From an uncultured Clostridia bacterium (GTDB taxonomy: Bacteria; Bacillota; Clostridia; Christensenellales; UBA1242): 29,461 nt of DNA. The position numbers and the translations under genes are program-made. Shown here piece by piece: positions 19,600 through 27,067 of this stretch; position 1 is the stretch's first letter; each line of letters opens with the position of its first letter. Below the pieces are notes generated by a model. That model had not been told where the DNA came from and ran no database searches. It saw only the letters and a program-made list of their open reading frames with translations. The DNA lies in assembly GCA_944372595.1 (NCBI GenBank), contig CALVZT010000001.1:1-29461 (forward strand), given 5' to 3'.

Positions 19600-19629
19600 A
19601 AAAAAACAAAGATGAATTTATCTTTGTTT
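19600..19629 (-). terminator. Terminator closing the SDR-MTase-DAC-HEPN-like-YgjV unit
   Basis: 10-bp inverted repeat AAACAAAGAT-gaattt-ATCTTTGTTT, followed by a T run on the minus strand, 6 nt after the YgjV stop. The stem is AT-rich. Confidence 0.6.
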
Positions 19630-19635
19630 ATACTA

Positions 19636-20160
19636 CTAAATCAAATTTTTAATTTTTTTATTGTTTATGTAATTTACTATTACGAATATTAATGCACTAA
19701 TTAATGTAATTAACTCGATCAGTGCATTAATATATCCAGCATAAAGAATATTATAAATTATATTCATAATAGCCGCTCCAATAACAAAATATCTTAATCT
19801 TACTCCCCTTTCAAGACAAAATCCATGATTATATATAAGTCCAGCCATCATAGATAACAAAGTTATTGGTCCTATCCATACTATACCCAAAGTCACAATA
19901 ATTGCCAACTGAAAAAACAAATACAACCATATAGAATATTGCATTTTTTTATTTTCGAACAAAACTATTGTAAATGACCTAATAGAAGCAAACAACACTG
20001 CAATTCCACCCGCTATTGCTCCTAAAAGAAAATTACTAATAGAATACAAAATATTAGATGGAAATTGAAGTAGCATAATTATTTTTTTGTTTTTGCATTG
20101 CATACTAATAACAGCTAATATTAATGCAATTGCCGATATACATTGTGTTAAATAAAACAT
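19636..20160 (-). CDS. YgjV-family inner membrane protein
   Basis: Pattern Q.I..IALILAVISMQCKNKKIIMLLQ...LLGAIAGG...IR, then a second half ..LR....I.YNI...Y; 5-6 TMs. Family recognised by eye. Confidence 0.8.
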   Translation of the reverse strand: MFYLTQCISAIALILAVISMQCKNKKIIMLLQFPSNILYSISNFLLGAIAGGIAVLFASIRSFTIVLFENKKMQYSIWLYLFFQLAIIVTLGIVWIGPITLLSMMAGLIYNHGFCLERGVRLRYFVIGAAIMNIIYNILYAGYINALIELITLISALIFVIVNYINNKKIKNLI

Positions 20161-20162
20161 AC

Positions 20163-21374
20163 TTACCTTAAAAACTTTTTACTGATTAATTCACTAATTG
20201 ATTTATAATCTTTATCAAGACCATATTTTACAATACCGATATTAGGCACTTCTTCATCAATGTAAATGTACAAAATCATATCACACAAAGATTTAATCTT
20301 TGTTTTACTATCAAAAAGACTCACAAGTAAATAAAAATTATTAAAAAAATAATTTTTAAAATAATTATTCCACCTATCAATCGTAATTGTGTTTATGTAC
20401 TTTTCTGCAATTATTCTACTGTTAACATTTACAGCATAATCATTACCAACGTATGCAAGAATTAACAATGGTATAACAAGTATCGAATAATCATTTGTTA
20501 CCATAATATTATCCAACAAATTATTAAGTACCGAAGATTCTATACTATAACCGCTAACATCATAATGTAAATAATTAATTTCTTTACATTTAGTGTATAA
20601 TTTTTCAAATGCTTTAACTTCTCCAACAATGTCCGCGAGTTTAATATATTTATCAGCATAATTTTTATAATCTTTCAAAAAATAACTAAAAATTAATTTT
20701 TGTCCATTTGTAAAATTATTGGAAATAGCAGGTACAATAACACTAATATTTTTATCTAACACATCGTTGAATTTTTCAACAACTAACATACATAAAAGTT
20801 GCATTACAACGATGATTTTTCTCACATCACTCTCAATAATATCAATATAAATTTGACTAAGAGGCAACAATTCTTGTGTATGAAGACTTGTTGCAAAATT
20901 TATGTATGATGTAACAAAGTCTTTATAATCTTTTGCAAAAACAGATTGACAACATACTTTAAGAAAGTATAAAAATTCTTTTTGTGATACCTTTTTGTTA
21001 ATATCCAAAAATTTTATTGCTTGAATAAATTCAACTAATCTTGTTAAATCTTTATATTCTTGCGAAGTAATAAGTCCCAAATCGCATGAAGAATTTAATA
21101 AATATATACCATTCAAAAAAGACACACTGGCAGGTTCAAAAATAATATAAAATCTAAGAATGTTATAATTGCCTAATTGCTTTAAGGTATTATGGAGTCT
21201 TGTCATAGTTTTGGTGTATAAAAATTCAAGTGCAGTATTATAAAATTCTGCTTTGCAAAAATTTGTAATCTTGTCTTTATCTATATCCCTAATACCAACA
21301 AAAGACGTTGAGTTAAAAACGTCCAAGTCAAAATTATCGTCAAGTTCAAGACTTTTTGGAACAGACCAAATCAT
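20163..21374 (-). CDS. Hypothetical all-helical protein; N-terminal region resembles a DUF4145/HEPN-like fold without an Rx4-6H motif
   Basis: 403 aa, perfect GAGGAGGT SD, ATGA overlap with the upstream DAC-like gene. The pattern F...FY..A..FLY.KTM..L...L..LG...L....DLGLIT...Y..L fits the helix order of HEPN-like families. The fold call is inference. Confidence 0.5.
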   Translation of the reverse strand: MIWSVPKSLELDDNFDLDVFNSTSFVGIRDIDKDKITNFCKAEFYNTALEFLYTKTMTRLHNTLKQLGNYNILRFYIIFEPASVSFLNGIYLLNSSCDLGLITSQEYKDLTRLVEFIQAIKFLDINKKVSQKEFLYFLKVCCQSVFAKDYKDFVTSYINFATSLHTQELLPLSQIYIDIIESDVRKIIVVMQLLCMLVVEKFNDVLDKNISVIVPAISNNFTNGQKLIFSYFLKDYKNYADKYIKLADIVGEVKAFEKLYTKCKEINYLHYDVSGYSIESSVLNNLLDNIMVTNDYSILVIPLLILAYVGNDYAVNVNSRIIAEKYINTITIDRWNNYFKNYFFNNFYLLVSLFDSKTKIKSLCDMILYIYIDEEVPNIGIVKYGLDKDYKSISELISKKFLR

Positions 21375-22405
21375 CTTTTTACCTCCTCATAGAAGACCTC
21401 ACCTTCTTGAGATTGAAAATATACTCCAATAATTTTTTTCTTTTTAGAGTTAAGTATTGTATAAGCGGCGCGTTTTCTCGCCCCACCGAGTATTTTTTTT
21501 GATACCGATGCCGTTGTTTCAACAAAAACATTATAAGCAAGAATTCTTCCTGCATTATCAATTATCGTAATTCCATCATAGTTAAGCATATCAATAAATA
21601 GACCAGCAATAGTCGAAAGTTGTGCCTCAGAATAAACCTTAGCTTGCAAATAACTTTTTGAAAAATCGATAGGTTCTCTTAACCAAATACCATCTGAAAA
21701 TATACCCGTATCCATATAATCTTTATCAACGATTACACAAATTGTACCATGTATATCTTTAAATGCTCTTTTTAAAATATTTTCTTGTAAAATTTTTATT
21801 TCATTTAATTTTTTCTTAGTAGTTTTTAATTTTTGCAGACTCGCCGAAACAAATCTTTTGATAACTGTATCAACATCAACAATTATATCGTCGCTTAAAG
21901 TAAAGTTTATTTGTAGTTCTCTTCCCTTAATCCCTTTTAGTTTTATTGCATAAGAACTTACAGCATCAATAAAAATCATTGATATTTTGTTATCAAAAAC
22001 AATCTCTTCATCAAACAACAATTGAGACAAATCTTTCTCTTTGATACTATTCATTGCTTTGCAAATGCCGTATGTAAATTGTGCATCTTTGTAAGAAATA
22101 TAAACAATCCAATCATTATTACAAAAATTAGCAAGACTTTTAACCCTTGGCTCAAAAGAACTCTCATCATTATCCACAAACAAATCAAGTTTGTAAGCAT
22201 TTGGTACGGCTTTTATTATTGAATCAATATCACTACATATTAAAATTGATGGACGAACTTTTGTACCTTCTTCTTCGTAATTACAAAATTTATAGAAAAA
22301 ACTATACAAGCGCACCAAAAATTTTTCTGGTAGCGTAGGAAATTCCAAACTAACAAAATTAACAACCGAATCTTTTGCATCAGAATAAAATACTTTTTCT
22401 ACCAT
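21371..22405 (-). CDS. Atypical soluble diadenylate-cyclase-like protein (C-terminal DisA_N/DAC domain, N-terminal putative sensor domain)
   Basis: C-terminal IHGTICVIVD...MLNYDGITIIDNAGRILAYNVF...GGARKRAA aligns with the DAC motifs HGALIV / DGA / G(T/A)RHRAA. No TM (so not CdaA) and no HhH tail (so not DisA). GGAG SD. Confidence 0.8.
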   Translation of the reverse strand: MVEKVFYSDAKDSVVNFVSLEFPTLPEKFLVRLYSFFYKFCNYEEEGTKVRPSILICSDIDSIIKAVPNAYKLDLFVDNDESSFEPRVKSLANFCNNDWIVYISYKDAQFTYGICKAMNSIKEKDLSQLLFDEEIVFDNKISMIFIDAVSSYAIKLKGIKGRELQINFTLSDDIIVDVDTVIKRFVSASLQKLKTTKKKLNEIKILQENILKRAFKDIHGTICVIVDKDYMDTGIFSDGIWLREPIDFSKSYLQAKVYSEAQLSTIAGLFIDMLNYDGITIIDNAGRILAYNVFVETTASVSKKILGGARKRAAYTILNSKKKKIIGVYFQSQEGEVFYEEVKR

Positions 22406-22423
22406 TACTTCTCCATAATAAAT

Positions 22424-22957
22424 TTAATATTTTTTTTCAAACAAATATCCTATGTCTTTTTTTTGATCACCATTTATAAATTCGTTAGGTACTTTAGTCT
22501 CTAATTTTTTTATGAGTTTGTAACCACATTTTGTTGCAAATTTTACAATATTCATATTCAATGCAATATCTTTATCTTCAATAATAATAAGATATCTAGT
22601 AATAAATCTAAAAATTCCATTTAATAATTCTTTTAAATCCATATTATTGTCAATACCCCTTGTCAATACAAGATGAGCAAGACACAAATCATAGCCTTTT
22701 GTAATATGTTGCTTTCGAATATCCAACTTAACTAAGTTATATTTAACAGTTTTGATAGAATCCGCTATTAATTTAATTCTCTCAAAGTTATATATTGGAT
22801 ACATAGCGTCAATTTTTGCATATCCAAAGTAATTACCTAACATATACAAACTAGTTCTTCCCGTTCCGATATCGGCAATATAACTAATGTTATTGTCTTT
22901 TATGATATCAAAAAATGTTTTCATTATATATGTATGCTCTGCCCTTGGATAATACAT
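22424..22957 (-). CDS. Class I SAM-dependent methyltransferase-like protein
   Basis: Motif I IADIGTGRTSL, acidic LVKLDI and YDLCLAHLVL. Start is the ATG at 22957 (or GTG at 22960) after GGAGG, overlapping the SDR stop. Confidence 0.68.
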   Translation of the reverse strand: MYYPRAEHTYIMKTFFDIIKDNNISYIADIGTGRTSLYMLGNYFGYAKIDAMYPIYNFERIKLIADSIKTVKYNLVKLDIRKQHITKGYDLCLAHLVLTRGIDNNMDLKELLNGIFRFITRYLIIIEDKDIALNMNIVKFATKCGYKLIKKLETKVPNEFINGDQKKDIGYLFEKKY

Positions 22958-23745
22958 CACTTTCCTCCCATAGTTTTATATATAACTTTATGAAGCATAT
23001 TATATGGTAAAAATCTCATAATGAAATGCAATAATTTAAATTTAAATCCAATTATATAATAAGGCTTAATTTTTTTCTTATTTATTAACCTAAATATCTT
23101 TTTGCCTACTTTTTCAACACTTGCACGCTTATCATTTTTGCTATCGATTTTTTTTGCAGCATTTTCAATTTTTGTTCCATATCTTTCATTTGTATCAAAG
23201 ACTTTAACTCTATTTTGAGTAAAATTAGTTTTTATTTCAGATGGACAAATAGCACATACTCTAACGCCAAAATTTCTACACTCCATGTCTAATGAATAAC
23301 TCATTAAATTAAGTGCCGATTTCGAGGCGCAATAGATACCTCTAAACGGAACTGGATAAAAAGCACACACCGAGCTAATATTTATAATTTTGCCACCTTT
23401 GTTGATAATAGGTAAAAATTTTTGAACAAGTGAAACAACAGCAAAAAAGTTAACTTCAAACAAATTTTTAATGTTATGTAAAGGCAATAATTCTGTTGCT
23501 CCGGACAATCCAAAGCCAGCATTATTTATCAATATATCAATATGACTATATTTTTGCTTTATTTGTTCACAAACAACAACAATGTTTTCTTCATTGCTAA
23601 GATCACAAGCAAAATTATCAACATTTTGAATATCACAAGAATGTCTTGCAATATTTATCACTTTATCGCCCTGAGCAATAAAAGATTTACATAAATTGTA
23701 TCCTACTCCACTACTACCACCAGTAACAACAACAATTTTGCTCAT
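22957..23745 (-). CDS. Classical short-chain dehydrogenase/reductase (SDR)
   Basis: TGGSSGVG, ILINNAGFG, NISS and YCASK (YxxxK). Confidence 0.95.
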   Translation of the reverse strand: MSKIVVVTGGSSGVGYNLCKSFIAQGDKVINIARHSCDIQNVDNFACDLSNEENIVVVCEQIKQKYSHIDILINNAGFGLSGATELLPLHNIKNLFEVNFFAVVSLVQKFLPIINKGGKIINISSVCAFYPVPFRGIYCASKSALNLMSYSLDMECRNFGVRVCAICPSEIKTNFTQNRVKVFDTNERYGTKIENAAKKIDSKNDKRASVEKVGKKIFRLINKKKIKPYYIIGFKFKLLHFIMRFLPYNMLHKVIYKTMGGK

Positions 23746-23766
23746 AAATCACCTAACTTTAAAATT

Positions 23767-23794
23767 ATTATAACATTAAAAAAGAAAAAGTAAA
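23767..23794 (-). promoter_or_regulatory. Extended -10 sigmaA promoter of the five-gene SDR...YgjV unit
   Basis: Minus-strand TTTACT-N16-TATAAT with TGtTATAAT; AGGTG SD before the SDR ATG. Confidence 0.6.
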
Positions 23795-23882
23795 AATAAA
23801 TATTATTAATAAATAATCAAAATTCACAAAAAAAATAAATTTTGTATAACTTTTTTAACCAAAAAATGACAAAAAAATTTTT

Positions 23883-23911
23883 TTGAAATGTGAATAAAAA
23901 AGTATTATAAC
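23883..23911 (+). promoter_or_regulatory. sigmaA-like promoter of the small zinc-ribbon gene
   Basis: TTGAAA(23883)-N17-TATAAC(23906). Confidence 0.55.
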
Positions 23912-23958
23912 CTCAAACTAATAACAAGCCAACAGGCTAAAAATCAAGGAGGTACAAT

Positions 23959-24102
23959 ATGTCTTGCGATTGTTGTACAGGCGAAAAGCCAGGTGCAGGT
24001 AGTTATAGTTGTTGCAATTGCGGTCAAAGAGTTGACATTGGCAAAAACGACAAAATGCCACCATGCCCAAGATGTAATAACACTACATTCAAAAAAGCGT
24101 AA
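23959..24102 (+). CDS. Small Cys-rich zinc-ribbon protein (47 aa)
   Basis: Not in the ORF track. MSCDCCTGEKPGAGSYSCCNCGQRVDIGKNDKMPPCPRCNNTTFKKA. AAGGAGG SD 6 nt upstream, CxxC...CPxC ribbon with a TGEKPG.G.Y lead-in, and its own promoter and terminator. Confidence 0.9.
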   Translation: MSCDCCTGEKPGAGSYSCCNCGQRVDIGKNDKMPPCPRCNNTTFKKA

Positions 24103-24111
24103 TGTTATTAC

Positions 24112-24145
24112 AAAAACAACTCAAAATCTTTTGAGTTGTTTTTTT
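24112..24145 (+). terminator. Rho-independent terminator after the zinc-ribbon gene
   Basis: AAAAACAACTCAAA-atct-TTTGAGTTGTTTTT, a 14-bp perfect stem ending in a T run. Confidence 0.85.
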
Positions 24146-24160
24146 ATTATTTTACTTTGT

Positions 24161-24189
24161 TTGACTTATAATATTAATATATGTATAAT
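24161..24189 (+). promoter_or_regulatory. Near-consensus sigmaA promoter
   Basis: TTGACT(24161)-N17-TATAAT(24184); AGGAGG SD at 24206-24211. Confidence 0.8.
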
Positions 24190-24216
24190 TGGTTATGGAT
24201 TATATAGGAGGTTAAT

Positions 24217-24969
24217 ATGAAAGATTCAAATTTTTTTATAGATAATATAACATGGTTTATAGCGGGAATAGTTGCAATCATGATTGTTATTTCTATTGTC
24301 CTTATAATCAAAATAGTTAGACTAAAAAAGGAAGATAATCCTGATAATAAATCAAACAATCAAGACAAGGAACAAGATCAGTTTTCGCAACTTTTAGCAA
24401 ATAACATTTGGGAAGGAAGTGAAACCGCTCACCAAGTTACAGACAAAAATGAAGAAAAAATAAAAGCTACTAAAAAAGCAAAAAAAGATAAAAATGACAA
24501 AAAAGGATTAAAGTTGGGTGATGAAGGATTTAGACCAAAAATGATATTTACTAACGACAACAATAATGACGAACAAGAGTCGCAACCAACAGATAATACC
24601 AAAATTGTAGAACAACCAACTGCACACGAATTTCAACCTCAAAATGTAGAAAACAAAGATAATAATATCTTAAAATTCAAATTATCCAAAACTTCAAATA
24701 ATAAATACAGATTCAAACTTGAAGAGAATAATATAACTCAACTTTTATCAATTCCTTATAACAGCATTGATGAAGCAAAATCACAAATGAATAAAGTTAT
24801 TGCACACATCAAATCAAACAAATTTGAAGTTGACAATATTAATAATGGTTATAGATTTGCAGTAAAAATTAATGATAAAATCGTCGCAGTATCTAATACC
24901 TATCCAAATATCGAAACAGCCCAACAGGAAAGTAAACGTATTTACCAAATAATAATAAACAAATTTTAA
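24217..24969 (+). CDS. Membrane-anchored protein with two C-terminal DUF1508/YegP-like repeats
   Basis: N-terminal TM (ITWFIAGIVAIMIVISIVLII), charged low-complexity linker, then FKLSKTSNNKYRFKL...SIPYNSIDEAK and FEVDNINNGYRFAV...VAVSNTYPNIETAQ, matching the YegP pattern F.i......yRF.l....ii..S..Y.....a. Confidence 0.72.
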   Translation: MKDSNFFIDNITWFIAGIVAIMIVISIVLIIKIVRLKKEDNPDNKSNNQDKEQDQFSQLLANNIWEGSETAHQVTDKNEEKIKATKKAKKDKNDKKGLKLGDEGFRPKMIFTNDNNNDEQESQPTDNTKIVEQPTAHEFQPQNVENKDNNILKFKLSKTSNNKYRFKLEENNITQLLSIPYNSIDEAKSQMNKVIAHIKSNKFEVDNINNGYRFAVKINDKIVAVSNTYPNIETAQQESKRIYQIIINKF

Positions 24970-24984
24970 TATATTGCAAATATT

Positions 24985-25013
24985 AAAAAATGCTATTTCA
25001 TATAGCATTTTTT
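24985..25013. terminator. Bidirectional terminator between convergent genes
   Basis: AAAAAATGCTAT-ttcat-ATAGCATTTTTT. Confidence 0.85.
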
Positions 25014-25020
25014 TATAAAT

Positions 25021-25860
25021 TTAAAATTGATTTTTTAACTCTACCCTTTTACCATTAAGATATTTTAACATTCCGCAGTCAATATTGAATATTATTCCAA
25101 CTGCAAAAAGTTGTTGTCTTGTTATTTTGTATTGTTTATTTTTATTAATGTCACCATATTTATTATCTCCTACTATTGGTAATTTGTAATAAGATAGATG
25201 ACACCTTATTTGATGAGTTTTACCCCCGTGAATTTTAACTTCAAGAGTAGATATTTCTCCTTCTTTGCCTAACAAACTGTATTCTGTTTGTATTTCCTGA
25301 TTTTTGATAGTTTTTTTATTTTCAATATAGCACATTTTTTTATCACTATCTTTAAATAAAAAATCATTTAGTACCGCATATTTTTTAGGAGTTCCAAAAA
25401 CTTTGGCTATGTATACTTTTGTTATTTTTTTATCATCAAAAGCTTGTTTTATTTCTTTAAATACATCCTGATTTTTGGCAAATATAACTAGTCCCATTGT
25501 ATTCATATCAAGTCGATTACATGGAATAATATTTGGATATTCTTTTTTTATCTCATCAAAAAGACTATTACCTTTATCGTTACTCACTTCTATTAGTATT
25601 GGTTTGTTAACAATAAGCAAATTTTCATCTTCGTAGCATTTTTCAATATTTAATTTAACAATTTTATTATATACTACAATTTCGTCCCCAATATTAATAT
25701 CAACATTACTATTTACTCTTTTGTTATTAACTTTTATATCTTTTTTTCTTAATAACTTATTACATTCAGCATAACTAATATTGGGCGAATACGAAGTAAT
25801 TGCTTTAATTAATGTATTTTTTTTATCACAAACAAATCTTATCATAACTATATGATACAT
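25021..25860 (-). CDS. RluA-family pseudouridine synthase with S4 domain (RluC/RluD-like)
   Basis: LRKKDIKVNNKRV (S4), VNKP, CNRLDMNTMGL (catalytic Asp), GGKTHQIRCHL, PIVGDNKYG and QQLFA. Confidence 0.93.
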   Translation of the reverse strand: MYHIVMIRFVCDKKNTLIKAITSYSPNISYAECNKLLRKKDIKVNNKRVNSNVDINIGDEIVVYNKIVKLNIEKCYEDENLLIVNKPILIEVSNDKGNSLFDEIKKEYPNIIPCNRLDMNTMGLVIFAKNQDVFKEIKQAFDDKKITKVYIAKVFGTPKKYAVLNDFLFKDSDKKMCYIENKKTIKNQEIQTEYSLLGKEGEISTLEVKIHGGKTHQIRCHLSYYKLPIVGDNKYGDINKNKQYKITRQQLFAVGIIFNIDCGMLKYLNGKRVELKNQF

Positions 25861-25869
25861 TAATGGCGT

Positions 25870-25901
25870 AAAAAAAACAACTTTATAAAAGTTGTTTTTT
25901 T
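25870..25901 (-). terminator. Terminator hairpin after the 25900-27066 gene
   Basis: AAAAAAACAACTTT-at-AAAGTTGTTTTTTT, a perfect inverted repeat starting at the stop codon. Confidence 0.8.
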
Positions 25902-27066
25902 ATTCCGCAACTGGACTTTCCAATTCAACTATCGGTTGTGTAACACTTACAATGTTACCACTTTCATCAATTAAGCCTAGTACCTTTGCTTCATCTGCCG
26001 TTAATGTTACTGGATGTCCCAATAACGCCATGTTAATACTTGCCAAATCTCCTTCCTTTTGATCAAATATTGCTCTTTCAATAGTTGTTGACTCATAAGA
26101 TGTTGCTTTGTCAAAAGAATTTTTGATAATTTCAATTGGATTGCTACCCTCCACTAGGTTTACACTGTATGCCGCATATTTATCTACTTCTTTTTCGCTA
26201 CCATCTTCGTTGTATTCAAGCCCAACCATATATACTTTGCCCATATCTTTATCAATCAAATACTGTATTTTACAATTCTCATTAAAGATTGCTTCTTTTT
26301 CTTCTGTTTGTGCTTCTTCACCAGTTTCCCCTTCTGTTGGAACCTCTTCATCAACTTTTTCGCTCAAAATATAATATACATTTTGTCCATTCATAGTTTT
26401 AATCGTCTCATCGCTAAGACTAGATTTTCTAAATGCAGTAAGTGGGCTCTTGCCTTGATCCATAACAGTAATTTTACCATTACTTTTGTATGTATCTAAA
26501 TTTTCTACAAACTTTTTAATCGCTTCATTTATATTTTCAGCATTACTTGTTTTATCAGCATTTAAAATATTTTCTATGCTTGCTCCATCAATAGTAATAG
26601 TATTAAATATTTTATTACCATTTGCATCAGTCGATTCAACATCAATCAAAACAAAATTCTTACCAATTCTTGTTTTTGCATTTGAGCAACTTGTTATACT
26701 TATAGATTTGCTAAGTTCGGCATCAAGTCCTAACACTTCACCAATTTTTGTTTTAAAGTCATTCATCTTGTTAATTACAATTGGATTAACTTCAACGCCC
26801 AAAACATTAGCTTCTGATTGCAAATCTTCTATCGAAATTTGCTCAGAAATCACATTTTGATTGTTTTCATCAACATTTTCCTCATCAGGCAATACCGCAA
26901 AAGTAATCCCTGTAACAATACCAGCTGTAATACCCAATGTAATCAATCCGGTGAATATTTTATGATTTTTAACCCAATTTTTGAAATTTTTCCATTTGGT
27001 CGTCCCTGTTGCTCCTGTTGGTGCGGTTGGTGCCGTTCTTGTTGACCTCCTTTTCTTTGGTGCCAT
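25900..27066 (-). CDS. Hypothetical type II membrane-anchored acidic surface protein
   Basis: Start moved to the ATG at 27066 (GGAGGGA SD, 1 nt after the upstream stop). Basic N-terminus, one TM (IFTGLITLGITAGIVTGITFAVL) and a Glu/Asp-rich ectodomain. Confidence 0.75.
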   Translation of the reverse strand: MAPKKRRSTRTAPTAPTGATGTTKWKNFKNWVKNHKIFTGLITLGITAGIVTGITFAVLPDEENVDENNQNVISEQISIEDLQSEANVLGVEVNPIVINKMNDFKTKIGEVLGLDAELSKSISITSCSNAKTRIGKNFVLIDVESTDANGNKIFNTITIDGASIENILNADKTSNAENINEAIKKFVENLDTYKSNGKITVMDQGKSPLTAFRKSSLSDETIKTMNGQNVYYILSEKVDEEVPTEGETGEEAQTEEKEAIFNENCKIQYLIDKDMGKVYMVGLEYNEDGSEKEVDKYAAYSVNLVEGSNPIEIIKNSFDKATSYESTTIERAIFDQKEGDLASINMALLGHPVTLTADEAKVLGLIDESGNIVSVTQPIVELESPVAE

Positions 27067-27067
27067 T

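Noticed and set aside
21379-22338. Small ORFs 21379-21561, 22022-22222 and 22147-22338 overlapping the DAC-like gene, considered as possible hidden antitoxin or regulator genes
   Set aside because: They have no SD or promoter, no motifs, and are fully nested in a longer gene with clear domain signatures.
23746-23958. AT-rich divergent intergenic region checked for a riboswitch (including c-di-AMP/ydaO) or sRNA
   Set aside because: There is no GC-rich paired structure or conserved riboswitch motif; two divergent promoters explain it.
23993-24220. 75-aa plus-strand ORF in the track (MQVVIVVAIAV...)
   Set aside because: It is an alternative frame over the real 47-aa zinc-ribbon gene, runs through a terminator and a promoter, and has no SD.
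24112-25901. Similar AAAAACAACT...AGTTGTTTTT stems at 24112 and 25870 as possible mobile-element ends or REP-like repeats
   Set aside because: Both sit right after stop codons as terminators, the similarity is short and AT-rich, and no transposase lies between them.
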